DNA from: Myxococcales bacterium
GTDB lineage: Bacteria; Myxococcota_A; UBA9042; JABWCM01; BTVJ01
Direction: 5' to 3'
DNA: 64,000 nucleotides
NCBI GenBank assembly: GCA_045863395.1
Contig: BTVJ01000044.1
Coordinates: 1-64,000 of the forward strand
Every line of letters starts with the position of its first letter. Positions within the stretch are counted from its first letter, which is position 1. Positions 19,487-28,967 of this stretch are shown in pieces. The notes beneath the pieces are model-generated. The model was not told the DNA's origin. It ran no database searches and worked only from the letters and a program-made list of their open reading frames with translations. The position numbers and the translations under genes were made by a program.

Positions 19487-20734
19487 CTACTCGTGCAGGC
19501 GGGAGAGCGCGAGCCGCTCGTCACGCAGGAGGCACTCGGCAGCCTCGCACATGGGGACGACCTCATCGACCTGCGCCATCGTGAAGCGGGAGCGGAGCGC
19601 CTTGATCTGGCCGAGCACGTTCTTGAGCGCATCGAGCGCCTGGTCGAACGCCTCCACCGCCGCCTCGGCGTCGTCGGCGCTCGCGGCGACCTCACCGGCA
19701 TCGCTGTCGGTGCCGGGAGCGACCGACTCGACGATCGTGGATTCCGTGATCGTCCGCGTCTGGTCGGCGCTCTCGATGGACGGCACTTCATCCTTCACGT
19801 CGTCGTCGGGGCGATCCGCGCCGACGGGCGCGGTGTCCTTCTTCTTCGCGGCGGCCTGCTTCGGGGCGGAGTAGTCGTAGGTGCGGCCGTCAAGCCCCTT
19901 GCGCTTGTCAGTGCCCCCGATCTTGCCGTCCTCCTCCAGACGCCGCCGGTGAGCCCCCACGGTCTTGTGATCCACCTGCACCTTGTCGGCGATCTGGCGG
20001 TCGCTCCACGTCCCCCACTCGGTGTCGAGCAGGAGCATCTCGATGGCGCGCTGCACGTCGGCCCGCGTCCGGCGCTTGCCATGAGTGGCGTTCTCCCCGA
20101 CGGCGGCGAGGATCGCCTCGCGCTTGCCGCCGGGCTGCACGGTCGCCTCGACCGTGGTCAGCCCGGCCCGCGTCGCGGCCTGCACCCGGTGGAACCCGCT
20201 GAACAGCCAGTACATGCCGTCGCCGTCGAGGCACACCTTGACGGGCGGCAGGCGGACGCCGCGCTCCATCTCCGCCCGGTAGTCCTCGACGTACCCCTCG
20301 TCGGTGCCCTCGGCCCGGATCTGAACGTCGTTGTCCACCCGGATCTCGTCGAGCCGGAGGACGACGACGCCCTCCTTGCCGACGTGCTCGACCGACACGG
20401 GCTCGTCGTCCGAGGCCGGAGTGTCCGGGGCGTCACTCCGAGGCGGGTCTTCGACTGGGGAGTTTCCCCAGTCGCTCTCGGAGTTCCCGGACTGGACGGC
20501 CGAGGACTCGACCGGGGAATCTCCCCACCCGAACACCTCGTCGATCCCGCCGCCGGAGGCGACCGCCATCGTCTCCGCCACGCCCTCACCCGTCTTGCGC
20601 TTGCGGGCCTCCGACACCCACCACCAGACCGTGCTGCCGCTGATGCCGAGCTGACGGCCCGCCTCAGACTGGCCCACATCCTCGGCGAGCGCCACGGCCT
20701 CGGCCCGCTGCTGCTCGCTGTAACGCTTGGTCAT
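19487..20734 (-). CDS. ParB N-terminal domain protein with N-terminal HTH
   Basis: LPPVKV..SGFHRVQA (GxHR), ENATHG.RRTR, WSDRQIA..VDHKTV. Confidence 0.82.
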   Translation of the reverse strand: MTKRYSEQQRAEAVALAEDVGQSEAGRQLGISGSTVWWWVSEARKRKTGEGVAETMAVASGGGIDEVFGWGDSPVESSAVQSGNSESDWGNSPVEDPPRSDAPDTPASDDEPVSVEHVGKEGVVVLRLDEIRVDNDVQIRAEGTDEGYVEDYRAEMERGVRLPPVKVCLDGDGMYWLFSGFHRVQAATRAGLTTVEATVQPGGKREAILAAVGENATHGKRRTRADVQRAIEMLLLDTEWGTWSDRQIADKVQVDHKTVGAHRRRLEEDGKIGGTDKRKGLDGRTYDYSAPKQAAAKKKDTAPVGADRPDDDVKDEVPSIESADQTRTITESTIVESVAPGTDSDAGEVAASADDAEAAVEAFDQALDALKNVLGQIKALRSRFTMAQVDEVVPMCEAAECLLRDERLALSRLHE

Positions 20735-21220
20735 GAAGAACCTCCACGTCTACATCGACCAAGGACGCAGCCCGGCGGGGGCATCCCGACGGGCCGTCCC
20801 GGTGGGCGACGTGGGGCTCGGAGACCGACGCTCACCTCGTCACCTGGAGGCTCTACTCGATCCGTCCAGGAGATGAGGCCCCCCTGGTGACCATTTTTTC
20901 GAGGCTACGGCCCTGCCACCGAGTCGGCTTCTGGGCGCCAACGTAACCCCTCTGATCGCGGCTCGGACAGGCACGGGAAACTCGGCGCCAACCCCTCGGC
21001 AACCGGGGTTGGCAACGGGGAGATGAGCGACCACGAGCGGCGGACACGGCTGCACTTTCTGGTCGCTTCCGGCGGTTCGCCCCGTTCCTTGCGGCGGCCG
21101 GGACTTCCGCATGGGTTCAATCCGGTCGCGGCTACTGACGCACGCCACGAGCCCGTCAGGGTGCGTGGGTATGGTCGCGGTAGGGCTTCGATACGGCTCC
21201 ATGGAGCAGGAGGTGCAACG

Positions 21221-21430
21221 ATGTCAGCCAACGACCTTCGACCGGAAGAGAACCTGCTGACGCCTTCGGAGGCGGCGGCGAGGTTCCGGGTGAGTCCGCG
21301 CACGCTCGCGAGGTGGCGCGTGCTCGGTCTGGTCGCCCACACGAGGACGCCGGGCGGCTCCTACCGCTACCGGGAGGGCGACGTGCAGGGCGTCATCGAG
21401 GCCCGACGCCGGGATCGCAAGGCAGCGTGA
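21221..21430 (+). CDS. MerR/Xis-like HTH protein
   Basis: LLTPSEAAARFRVSPRTLARW..RTPGGSYRY; GGAGG RBS. Confidence 0.85.
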   Translation: MSANDLRPEENLLTPSEAAARFRVSPRTLARWRVLGLVAHTRTPGGSYRYREGDVQGVIEARRRDRKAA

Positions 21431-21509
21431 AGCAGAGACGACGAACCCCGCACTCAGCACCGACCAAGAACGGCCGAGGCGGGGTCGCCGACGAACGAGG
21501 AGGTTCGCA

Positions 21510-24500
21510 ATGCAATCGTACCGCAACGGCGGCGGCTCGCCGACGCCGGAGGGCACCGAGTCGATCCCGCCGACGGACTCGCCGCCGGAGGCGCTCGATG
21601 CCCGGATGGTTCGGGTCGCGTACCGACTGCTGGTTGGCACCGGCAAGGACGAGGGCACCGTCACGGAGATCCGGGTGCTCGGCGCACGCGAGCGCACCGG
21701 CTCCTCGTACAGCGCCGACTACTTCGGGTACTTCGACAACAGCGCGGACATCGTCCATGCGCTGAGCCGGTTCAGCGCATGGAGCGGCGTCTACTTCGTC
21801 CCAAACGAGGTCGAACCCAGCCTGATCGCGAGATCGAAGAACAAGCTCCGGCGGGCGGAGAAAGGGCTCGGCACGACGGACGGGCAGATCATCCGCCGCC
21901 GGTGGCTCCTGCTGGACATCGACTGGCAACGTCCGGCAGGGATCTCCACGACCGACGACGAGCATAAGGCCGCGCTCGCCCTGACGAACGACATCGCGGT
22001 GCGGATGACGGTGGAGTACGACTGGCCGATGCCGATCCGAGCCGACTCGGGGAACGGCGCCCATGCGCTCTGGCGAATCGATCTGCCCGCCGACAGCGAC
22101 CAGGTCGGCAAGGTGCTCGCGGCGTTGGAGCGCAAGTTCGGCACCGGCAAGCTCAAGGTCGATCAGACCGTCAAGAACGCGGCCCGGATCTGGAAGCTGT
22201 ACGGGACGTTGGCGTGCAAGGGCGATCACACGAGCGAGCGCCCTCACCGCATGTCGAAGATCGTCCGGGTGCCGAAGCAGGTGTCGATCCTCACTGAGGA
22301 CACGATCCACCGCTTCCTCGACGATGACGGCCCGGAGTCCGGGCCGGAGCCCCGAGTGGGGAAACTCCCCACTGACCCTGAGCCGAGCAGGACGCCTTCG
22401 ATCACGTTCGACGCAAAGGCGCTGATGGAGTCGAAGGGGATCGAGTTCGATGACGCCAAGCGGGCCAGCGGCTACACGGTGCATCCGATGGCGGCGTGCC
22501 CGTGCGATCGGAAGGAGAAGGGGGCCGCGCTCACCATTGCCGACTCGGGTGCCGTCGGTCTCAAGTGCCTGCACGCGAGCTGCGAGTACGGCGGCGGCCA
22601 GAAGCCGGGCGACGCTTGGCGGAAGTGGCGGCGGGCCAACGACCCCACCTACGGGAGCACCGACCACGACGGTGCGTGGGCGGCGCCGGTGCCCTTCGGC
22701 ACGCCCGGCGGCTTGCCGGTGTTCCCGTCGTCGTCGCTGCCGACGTGGCTGCGGGAGATGGTCGAGGCGGTTGCCGTCGCGACGCAGACGCCGGTCGATC
22801 TGCCTGCGATGGTCGGTCTTGGCGCACTTGCGCTGTCCGTCGCTCGAAAGGTCGAGGTTCGGGTGCGGGACGGGTACGTCGAGCCGGTCAACCTCTACTG
22901 CCTGACCGTTCTGCCTCCCGCCGAACGCAAGTCCGCCGTGCTTCAGACGATGGTGGCCCCGGTCGAGCAGCACGAGAAGGCGATGGTCGCGGCGGCACGG
23001 CCCCTCGTCGCAGCGGCCGAAGCACGACGCCGCATCGCAGAGGGTGCTCGGGACAAGGCGCAGGCCGTGGCCGCCAAAGCGACAGACGAGAAGGAGCGGA
23101 CGAAGCTCACATTGGACGCGGCTGCGCTGGCGGCCGACGCGGCGAACGCGGAGGTGCCCCCGATCCCCCGGCTGATGACCGACGACGCCACGCCCGAGGC
23201 ACTCGCTCGCCTCCTGGCGGAGCAGGGCGGACGCCTCGGAGTCGTCAGCGCGGAGGGCGGCGTCTTCGACCTCCTCAGCGGCAGGTACTCGCAGACCGGC
23301 GGCCCGAACCTCGACGCCTTTCTGAAGGGCCACTCGGGGGACGCTCTGCGCGTGGATCGGATCGGTCGTCCGCCTGAGTTCGTCACGAGGCCCGCGCTGA
23401 CGGTCGTCTTGACGGTGCAGCCTGACGTGCTCCACTCGATCGCCTCGCGCCCCGGCTTCCGGGGTCGTGGACTCCTCGGCCGGTTCCTCTACTCGCTCCC
23501 CACCTCGCGGCTCGGCTCGCGGACGATCACTCCGCCATCCGTTCCGAGGGAGGTCGCACACCGGTACAGGGGCGCACTTCTGTCACTTCTGTCACTTCCG
23601 GCACCCGTCGAGCCCCACGCACTGCGGCTGAGCAAGGACGCGGAGGTGGCGTGGGTCGCCTACGCGACGGACATCGAGCCGCAGCTCGCGGAGGGCGGGG
23701 AACTCGCGGCGATCCGGGACTGGGCGGGGAAGCACTGCGGTGCGGTCGCCCGCATCGCCGGGCTTCTTCACCTCGCCGAGGGGGCCGGGGAAGCGGCACC
23801 GTGGGAGACGCCCGTGTCGGGAACCGCGATGGCGAACGCCATCAGGATCGGCCGCTACCTCGTCGAGCACGCGGTCGTCGCATTCGGTGCGATGGGCTCA
23901 GACCCCGCCGTCGAGGGAGCCAACGCCATCCTCGGGTGGATGCGCCGAACGAGGCCGTCGTCGGTGACGAAGCGCGACATCCACCGGGCGCTCCACACGC
24001 GGTTCGTTCGGTCGTCCGACATCGACGGGCCGCTCGCGCTGCTCGTCGATAGGGGCTTCTTGCGCCCTCGGGCTCAGGAGCCGACCGGCGGGCGTCCGGC
24101 GAGTCCGAGCTTCGCCGTGAACCCGCTCGGGCTGGCAGAGGCAGACGGATGCCCGGACAGCAGGGCGGACGTGATGGCGGAGGTGCTCGCGTCTACGGCC
24201 ATGGCTGCGGGTGACAATAGCGACGTAAGTGACGAAAGCCCTTCAGTCGCCAGGGCGCTGGAGCCTTCTGTCACTTCCGTCACTTCTGTCACGGGTGGAG
24301 CGGCGAGCGCCGTCGCGCCGCTGGAGGCGGTCGCCGCCCCGTCGGATCTGCCCGCCTCGCCATCGAGCGTCGGCTCGATGATGCCCGCCGTCTCATTGAT
24401 GGACGGGGCGGTGAAGCCCGAGAACCCTCCATGGCCTCCGCCCTCGTGGATCAACGGCGTGCCCCCGTGGGAGGTCGTCGGCTCGCCCGAGTGGAAGGAG

Positions 24501-24545
24501 AAGGAGGCGGAGTTGGAGCGGCTCGGCGAGAGGCTCTTCGGGTAG
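21510..24545 (+). CDS. Replication protein: AEP/primase-like N-terminus, Zn finger, DUF3987 (YfjI) helicase-like domain
   Basis: LLDID, SGNGAH, NAARIWKLYGT; CPC..CLHASC; PPAERKS, DATPEAL, VDRIGR, RGLLGRF. Confidence 0.82.
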   Translation: MQSYRNGGGSPTPEGTESIPPTDSPPEALDARMVRVAYRLLVGTGKDEGTVTEIRVLGARERTGSSYSADYFGYFDNSADIVHALSRFSAWSGVYFVPNEVEPSLIARSKNKLRRAEKGLGTTDGQIIRRRWLLLDIDWQRPAGISTTDDEHKAALALTNDIAVRMTVEYDWPMPIRADSGNGAHALWRIDLPADSDQVGKVLAALERKFGTGKLKVDQTVKNAARIWKLYGTLACKGDHTSERPHRMSKIVRVPKQVSILTEDTIHRFLDDDGPESGPEPRVGKLPTDPEPSRTPSITFDAKALMESKGIEFDDAKRASGYTVHPMAACPCDRKEKGAALTIADSGAVGLKCLHASCEYGGGQKPGDAWRKWRRANDPTYGSTDHDGAWAAPVPFGTPGGLPVFPSSSLPTWLREMVEAVAVATQTPVDLPAMVGLGALALSVARKVEVRVRDGYVEPVNLYCLTVLPPAERKSAVLQTMVAPVEQHEKAMVAAARPLVAAAEARRRIAEGARDKAQAVAAKATDEKERTKLTLDAAALAADAANAEVPPIPRLMTDDATPEALARLLAEQGGRLGVVSAEGGVFDLLSGRYSQTGGPNLDAFLKGHSGDALRVDRIGRPPEFVTRPALTVVLTVQPDVLHSIASRPGFRGRGLLGRFLYSLPTSRLGSRTITPPSVPREVAHRYRGALLSLLSLPAPVEPHALRLSKDAEVAWVAYATDIEPQLAEGGELAAIRDWAGKHCGAVARIAGLLHLAEGAGEAAPWETPVSGTAMANAIRIGRYLVEHAVVAFGAMGSDPAVEGANAILGWMRRTRPSSVTKRDIHRALHTRFVRSSDIDGPLALLVDRGFLRPRAQEPTGGRPASPSFAVNPLGLAEADGCPDSRADVMAEVLASTAMAAGDNSDVSDESPSVARALEPSVTSVTSVTGGAASAVAPLEAVAAPSDLPASPSSVGSMMPAVSLMDGAVKPENPPWPPPSWINGVPPWEVVGSPEWKEKEAELERLGERLFG
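24211..24292. repeat. Converging 9-bp iterons, probable replication origin
   Basis: G(T/C)GAC x3 at 9-bp period, then TTC(T/C)GTCAC x3; further copies at 23575-23599. Confidence 0.6.
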
Positions 24546-24827
24546 GTCGGCATCGACGTCTCGTCCGCCGGTCAGCGCGAACACCATCGTCCGTCGCGAG
24601 CGACTCGTTGGCGGGCTCGCGGGGCCCCGTGAGTGGGGAGATTCCCCACCTCGTCCTCGGCGGGCTCACGGACTCGACGGGCGTCGGGATGGTGGGGAAG
24701 TTCCCCAGTCGAGGTGGACGGCTCGCCCGGTCGCCGAGAAGAGGGCCGCCCCACTGCCAGCGCTCGTCGTGGCTCAGCCCGGTTCGCTCGCGAGTAAGTC
24801 TGCGACGACTCAACTCGCGAGGTGTCG

Positions 24828-25484
24828 ATGTCCCCCAAGCCCTATCCCGACGATCCGACCTACCTGCACGACGAGGTGCAGTGGCTCACCCTCCGATGCA
24901 CGCGGCTCGCGTTGCTCCGCAGCATTCGTGCGTCTCGCGAGGGCGTCGATGTTGTCGCCGACGACCCCGAGCGTGGCGCGAAGCCCGAGCAGAAGAAGCA
25001 CTTGGCGGCGTTGCGCGAGGCCGAGGACACCCTCCGCAGGCGCATCGACGAGCGGCTCGCCATCAACCGGCAGGACGGCCCGGCGCTGCGGCTCGACACC
25101 CTCTGCAACCGCTTCGACCTCGATTGCGTCGAGCGTCAGGTGCTCCTGCTCGTGACGGTGCCCGCTCTCGGTGTCGAACTCGCGGAACCGCTCGGTGGCG
25201 TCGGCGGCTTCGGCTTCGCCATCAGCAGCATCACGCCCGAGATCGTCGGTGCCTTCCTGGAACTCGACTTGAACGGGCTGCTCGTCCTGCGCGACGTGCT
25301 CGGCGAGTCCGGCACGCTGGTGAAGCACGGGCTCGTCGAGGTGGAGCCCGTCGGCAGGAACAACCGCGTGCAGGACTTCGTGGCCTGGGGCCTCTTCGTG
25401 ACCGAGATGGCGTTTGACATCATCACGGGCCGGGCTCCGTCCGACGACCGGCACTCGTGTCCGACTTGCGGGAGCCCGACGTGA
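24828..25484 (+). CDS. Hypothetical protein resembling the winged-helix N-terminal region of AAA ATPases; paralog of 50680-51348
   Basis: LDTLCNRFDLDCVERQVLLL...GTLVKHGLV; clearly similar to the element 2 copy. Confidence 0.65.
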   Translation: MSPKPYPDDPTYLHDEVQWLTLRCTRLALLRSIRASREGVDVVADDPERGAKPEQKKHLAALREAEDTLRRRIDERLAINRQDGPALRLDTLCNRFDLDCVERQVLLLVTVPALGVELAEPLGGVGGFGFAISSITPEIVGAFLELDLNGLLVLRDVLGESGTLVKHGLVEVEPVGRNNRVQDFVAWGLFVTEMAFDIITGRAPSDDRHSCPTCGSPT

Positions 25485-25792
25485 ACGACGCCGACAAGCA
25501 GGCCCTCGTCGGGCACCTCGACGAGGCGTTGGATGCCGTGCTCGCGGCTCGTGTCGTCGCTGGCGTGACCGAGGTTCCCGTGGCGTTCGTGGCCCTCGAC
25601 CGGGCCCTGGCCCGAGATGACCTGTACGTCGCCAAGCGCAAGGAGTTCGGGGCGGCCACCCGCACGCTCCTCGCCCTCGTCCCCGAGCACAAGCAGACGG
25701 TGCTCAACGTCGAGGCTGCCGCGAACGCCCTCGTCGCCGCTGCGGCCGAAGTCGGGTGGCACACCCGAGACCGCCTCAGAACGAGGCCGTGA
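25481..25792 (+). CDS. Hypothetical helical protein; paralog of 51345-51650
   Basis: GTGA overlap; LDEALDAVLAARV...AAAEVGW conserved in the paralog. Confidence 0.75.
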   Translation: MNDADKQALVGHLDEALDAVLAARVVAGVTEVPVAFVALDRALARDDLYVAKRKEFGAATRTLLALVPEHKQTVLNVEAAANALVAAAAEVGWHTRDRLRTRP

Positions 25793-25831
25793 ACTTCGAG
25801 AGGCTCGCGTCTTGGCCTCCGTTGCGCCGGT

Positions 25832-26176
25832 TCAGTCAGCCAACTCCTGCACGAGCCGCACTATGAGGTCTCGACGGCTCGCCGAGAGCTTCGCGAACCC
25901 GCGCAGCAGGGCCGCCTCGTCCGGCCCATGCTCCGGCTCTGGAAGGTCACGCTCCATGTCGAGCAGGTCGCCGAGCCCGACGCCAAGCGCCTCGGCGATG
26001 CGGGCCAAGGTCGAGATGCTCAGCGCCCGATCTCCCGTCTCCCAGCGGGACAGGGTCACCGGCTCGATCCCTACAACCTCGGCCAGCCGCTCTTGCGTGA
26101 AGCCCCGAACGGTGCGAGCGTTTGCGACGCGGTGGCCGATGTCACGCAGCAGGTCTTGGTCTCGCGTCCTCGGCAT
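25832..26176 (-). CDS. XRE-family HTH regulator
   Basis: TQERLAE..IEPVTLSRWETG; paralog at 51658-51999. Confidence 0.9.
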   Translation of the reverse strand: MPRTRDQDLLRDIGHRVANARTVRGFTQERLAEVVGIEPVTLSRWETGDRALSISTLARIAEALGVGLGDLLDMERDLPEPEHGPDEAALLRGFAKLSASRRDLIVRLVQELAD

Positions 26177-26231
26177 CGGCAACCTCCCCGTGAAGGTCGC
26201 CGGACGCAGGGTTGCACACCATGCACAGCAA

Positions 26232-26252
26232 GGTCAGGTCGTGAACTTGACC
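26232..26252. promoter_or_regulatory. Palindromic operator GGTCAGGT-N5-ACTTGACC
   Basis: The same motif lies at 52056-52076 in the equivalent XRE/lipoprotein intergenic region. Confidence 0.7.
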
Positions 26253-26305
26253 TTCCAGCCACGGCGCGAGATCTTCGAGCCCGATTGCGAGGGAGGTGGA
26301 ACGTC

Positions 26306-27253
26306 GTGATCCAGCACCAACGAACAGCAGGCCTCGTCTTCGGTGTCCTCGCGTTGTGCGGGCTTGCAGGGTGCAAGGGCGGATCTTCGACGGAGCAGGC
26401 CTCGCCTGCTCAGACCACCGCCAACAAGGGCGCACGCGACGATCAAGCACCAGGCGCGGGGAACGAAGCGCGTGGGGAGAAGGTCGAACCCCGGCTGGAC
26501 GACAAGCCGATTCGGAGCGCCAACGAGACCGACCGGGCGACCGGCGAGGCCGCCACCATGCAACCCCGTCCTGCCATCCCAGAGCCCAAGCCGGTGGCGG
26601 AGCCGGGGTGCGAGAAGGACTGCAAGGAGATCGGCTACTGCGTCCGCAGGGGCGGCAAGTGCGTCGTGGGCAGTCGCGAGCACTGCCGCCAGTCCGACAT
26701 CTGCCGGATCGCGGGCGCGTGCTCCACCAAGGAGGAGCGGGACGATGACGGCTCGACGTTCCTCACATGCACGGCGACGACGGATACCGACTGCGCGAAC
26801 GCCGAGACGTGCAAGGAGAAGGGGAACTGCAAGGCGATGGACGGCCAGTGCACGAACGCCGCCGACCCCGTGATGCAGAAGTACCGGGCCGACAAGGTGA
26901 AGAACGTCCGCGATCTCGCCTTCAAAGTGACCAGGGAGTGTGAGGCTACGAAGGCGAAGACCCTCCGCCTGTTCACGCAGGACGGCCTCCCCGATCCCGC
27001 CGCGTCGTGGGCGGAGATGGAGGGCCTGAACCGCGAGCTGATCGGTGTCGTCATCGACTTTCGGAGGGGGATGCTCGCGCAGTACGACCTGATCCTCAAT
27101 CTCGTGGACACCGACAAGGATCTCCTCGGCGCGGGCTGCTACGACGCCCTGAAGGCGGGGGTGACCAAGGGCAAGGACGGCTGCCTGTTCAACGGGTCGA
27201 AGCTGGATACCAAGTGGCTCAAGGCGCTTGCCAAGACTGAGTGCGACCGATGA
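26306..27253 (+). CDS. Cys-rich putative lipoprotein
   Basis: Signal peptide with lipobox GLAGC; repeated C-x-C motifs. Confidence 0.75.
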   Translation: MIQHQRTAGLVFGVLALCGLAGCKGGSSTEQASPAQTTANKGARDDQAPGAGNEARGEKVEPRLDDKPIRSANETDRATGEAATMQPRPAIPEPKPVAEPGCEKDCKEIGYCVRRGGKCVVGSREHCRQSDICRIAGACSTKEERDDDGSTFLTCTATTDTDCANAETCKEKGNCKAMDGQCTNAADPVMQKYRADKVKNVRDLAFKVTRECEATKAKTLRLFTQDGLPDPAASWAEMEGLNRELIGVVIDFRRGMLAQYDLILNLVDTDKDLLGAGCYDALKAGVTKGKDGCLFNGSKLDTKWLKALAKTECDR

Positions 27254-27305
27254 TCGGCCGCACCCGGAGCGCGGTTCGGGGCGCTGCTGTAGGAGGTCGA
27301 GGGTG

Positions 27306-28901
27306 ATGAGGCGTCCGCGAACGGTCGAGTGGCTGATGCTGATCTTGGGTGCCGTCGCGTTGCTTGGCGGATGCGCGGGGCTCTTTGGTGCCCAGCGGTC
27401 GGCGCTCGTCGGCGACCGTCCGTGCCCGCCGGGCACGCAGAAGGCCGGGGGCCCGCCCCCGGAGGGGAACATCGAGAGCTGCGTGCAGGGATGCCGCCAG
27501 GCACCGCCTCCGGCGAGTTCGCTGGCCGAGGTCGCGAAGATGGAGCGTCTCTACCAGAGGCGCCCGCAGACCGCCTGCCTCAACGGCCCGTACCGCTCGT
27601 GGACGCAGGCGGGGGCTCTCCGGGCCATAGGCGAGATGGGGGCGGCGTTCGGGCCGACCGGCGCCTGGACGTTCCTCGATGCCGATGGGAGTAAGGCTCT
27701 CACCTGCGACTTGGGCAAGAGCCCTGCCGCCTGCACCGAGTTCAAGGAGGGAGCGGCGGAGCAGACCGCTCCCGTCCCCCTCAAGTTCTACATCGGGGGC
27801 CTGACCGCCCTTGCCGATCACACCGACCGGATGGCCTTCGACGTGCTCGACTCGGGGGGAGGGCTTCGCGAACATCGGCTCTACTCCCCGAACGGCACCT
27901 TGATGGTGACGTGTCCGCCCTCCCACGTCGTGGGCTTCCACCAGTACACGCAGAACCGCCAGTCCACCGAAGAGCACGACTTCGAGGCGTACTGCATGCA
28001 GCAGCCGCCGAACCCATGCGACCGTGATTCCTGCGTCCGGTACACCGGGTTGCACTGCGAGAAGCAGGGCGGTGACTGGAAGTGCGTGCCCGATGCGCCG
28101 CTGATGGACGGGACGTATCGGTACTGGAGCCACGGAAGGAACCTGACCGAAGAAGGAACGTACCGCACCGGCATCAAGATGGGCGAATGGACGAAGTTCC
28201 TGGGGAACAACAAGGAGGTCACGACCTACGACGACCAGGGCCGCCGCGTTGCCGGGCGTCTCGTCACGCCCGAGGGCCAGCCCGCGTGGGAGGCCACCTA
28301 CGACGGCGAGAAGTTCGTGAGCGTCGCCCGTGCCCTTCCCGAGGGGGGATGGCTTCATGTTCGAGCCACCGGCGGGGAACACCCCTTTTCGTGCGAGTTC
28401 CGGGATGCCAACGAGCAGGTCATCGGTGAGGGGCCGTGCTCGACGAACGACCCCATCACCGGCGAGGTGCTCAAGCAGGGCGCATGGAAGGAGTTCTCCG
28501 GCGGGAAGCGGAGCACCGTGCGCTACGTGGACGGCGTCTCCGAGCAGGAGCGACGGGAGGCCGAGCAGAGGGCCCGGGTCGAGGCGAAGGAGCGAGAACG
28601 TGAACGGCAAGCGGCTCTGGCTCGTGGCGAGTGCGAGTTCAACGGGTACGTGGACGTGGAATGCGAGCTTCGGCTCTGCGCGAGCATCGCCTCGAAGGTC
28701 AGGACGATGCAGCCCGACACGAGGTGCAACGCGGGCGAACCCCTCGACTCCTACCGCTCAGACTGGGGCCAGGCCCTGCGTGCCATCGACACCTACGCGG
28801 GCGTCCTACGGAGCCGGGGGGACATCGGGGGCTTCCAGCGGCTCATGGCACGGGTGAAGTTGTGCCAGACGCCGCAGTGGTTCCGAAGTTGCTCCAACTG
28901 A
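27306..28901 (+). CDS. Putative lipoprotein with MORN/YwqK-like repeats
   Basis: Lipobox LLGGC; NGPYRSW, DGTYRYW..EEGTYRTGIKMGEW, KQGAWKEF. Confidence 0.72.
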   Translation: MRRPRTVEWLMLILGAVALLGGCAGLFGAQRSALVGDRPCPPGTQKAGGPPPEGNIESCVQGCRQAPPPASSLAEVAKMERLYQRRPQTACLNGPYRSWTQAGALRAIGEMGAAFGPTGAWTFLDADGSKALTCDLGKSPAACTEFKEGAAEQTAPVPLKFYIGGLTALADHTDRMAFDVLDSGGGLREHRLYSPNGTLMVTCPPSHVVGFHQYTQNRQSTEEHDFEAYCMQQPPNPCDRDSCVRYTGLHCEKQGGDWKCVPDAPLMDGTYRYWSHGRNLTEEGTYRTGIKMGEWTKFLGNNKEVTTYDDQGRRVAGRLVTPEGQPAWEATYDGEKFVSVARALPEGGWLHVRATGGEHPFSCEFRDANEQVIGEGPCSTNDPITGEVLKQGAWKEFSGGKRSTVRYVDGVSEQERREAEQRARVEAKERERERQAALARGECEFNGYVDVECELRLCASIASKVRTMQPDTRCNAGEPLDSYRSDWGQALRAIDTYAGVLRSRGDIGGFQRLMARVKLCQTPQWFRSCSN

Positions 28902-28967
28902 GGCCCCGCCGTGGCACTTTCTGCGCGAATCCGCACCGAGAGCGTCGGGCACCGCCTGCGCGATAGC

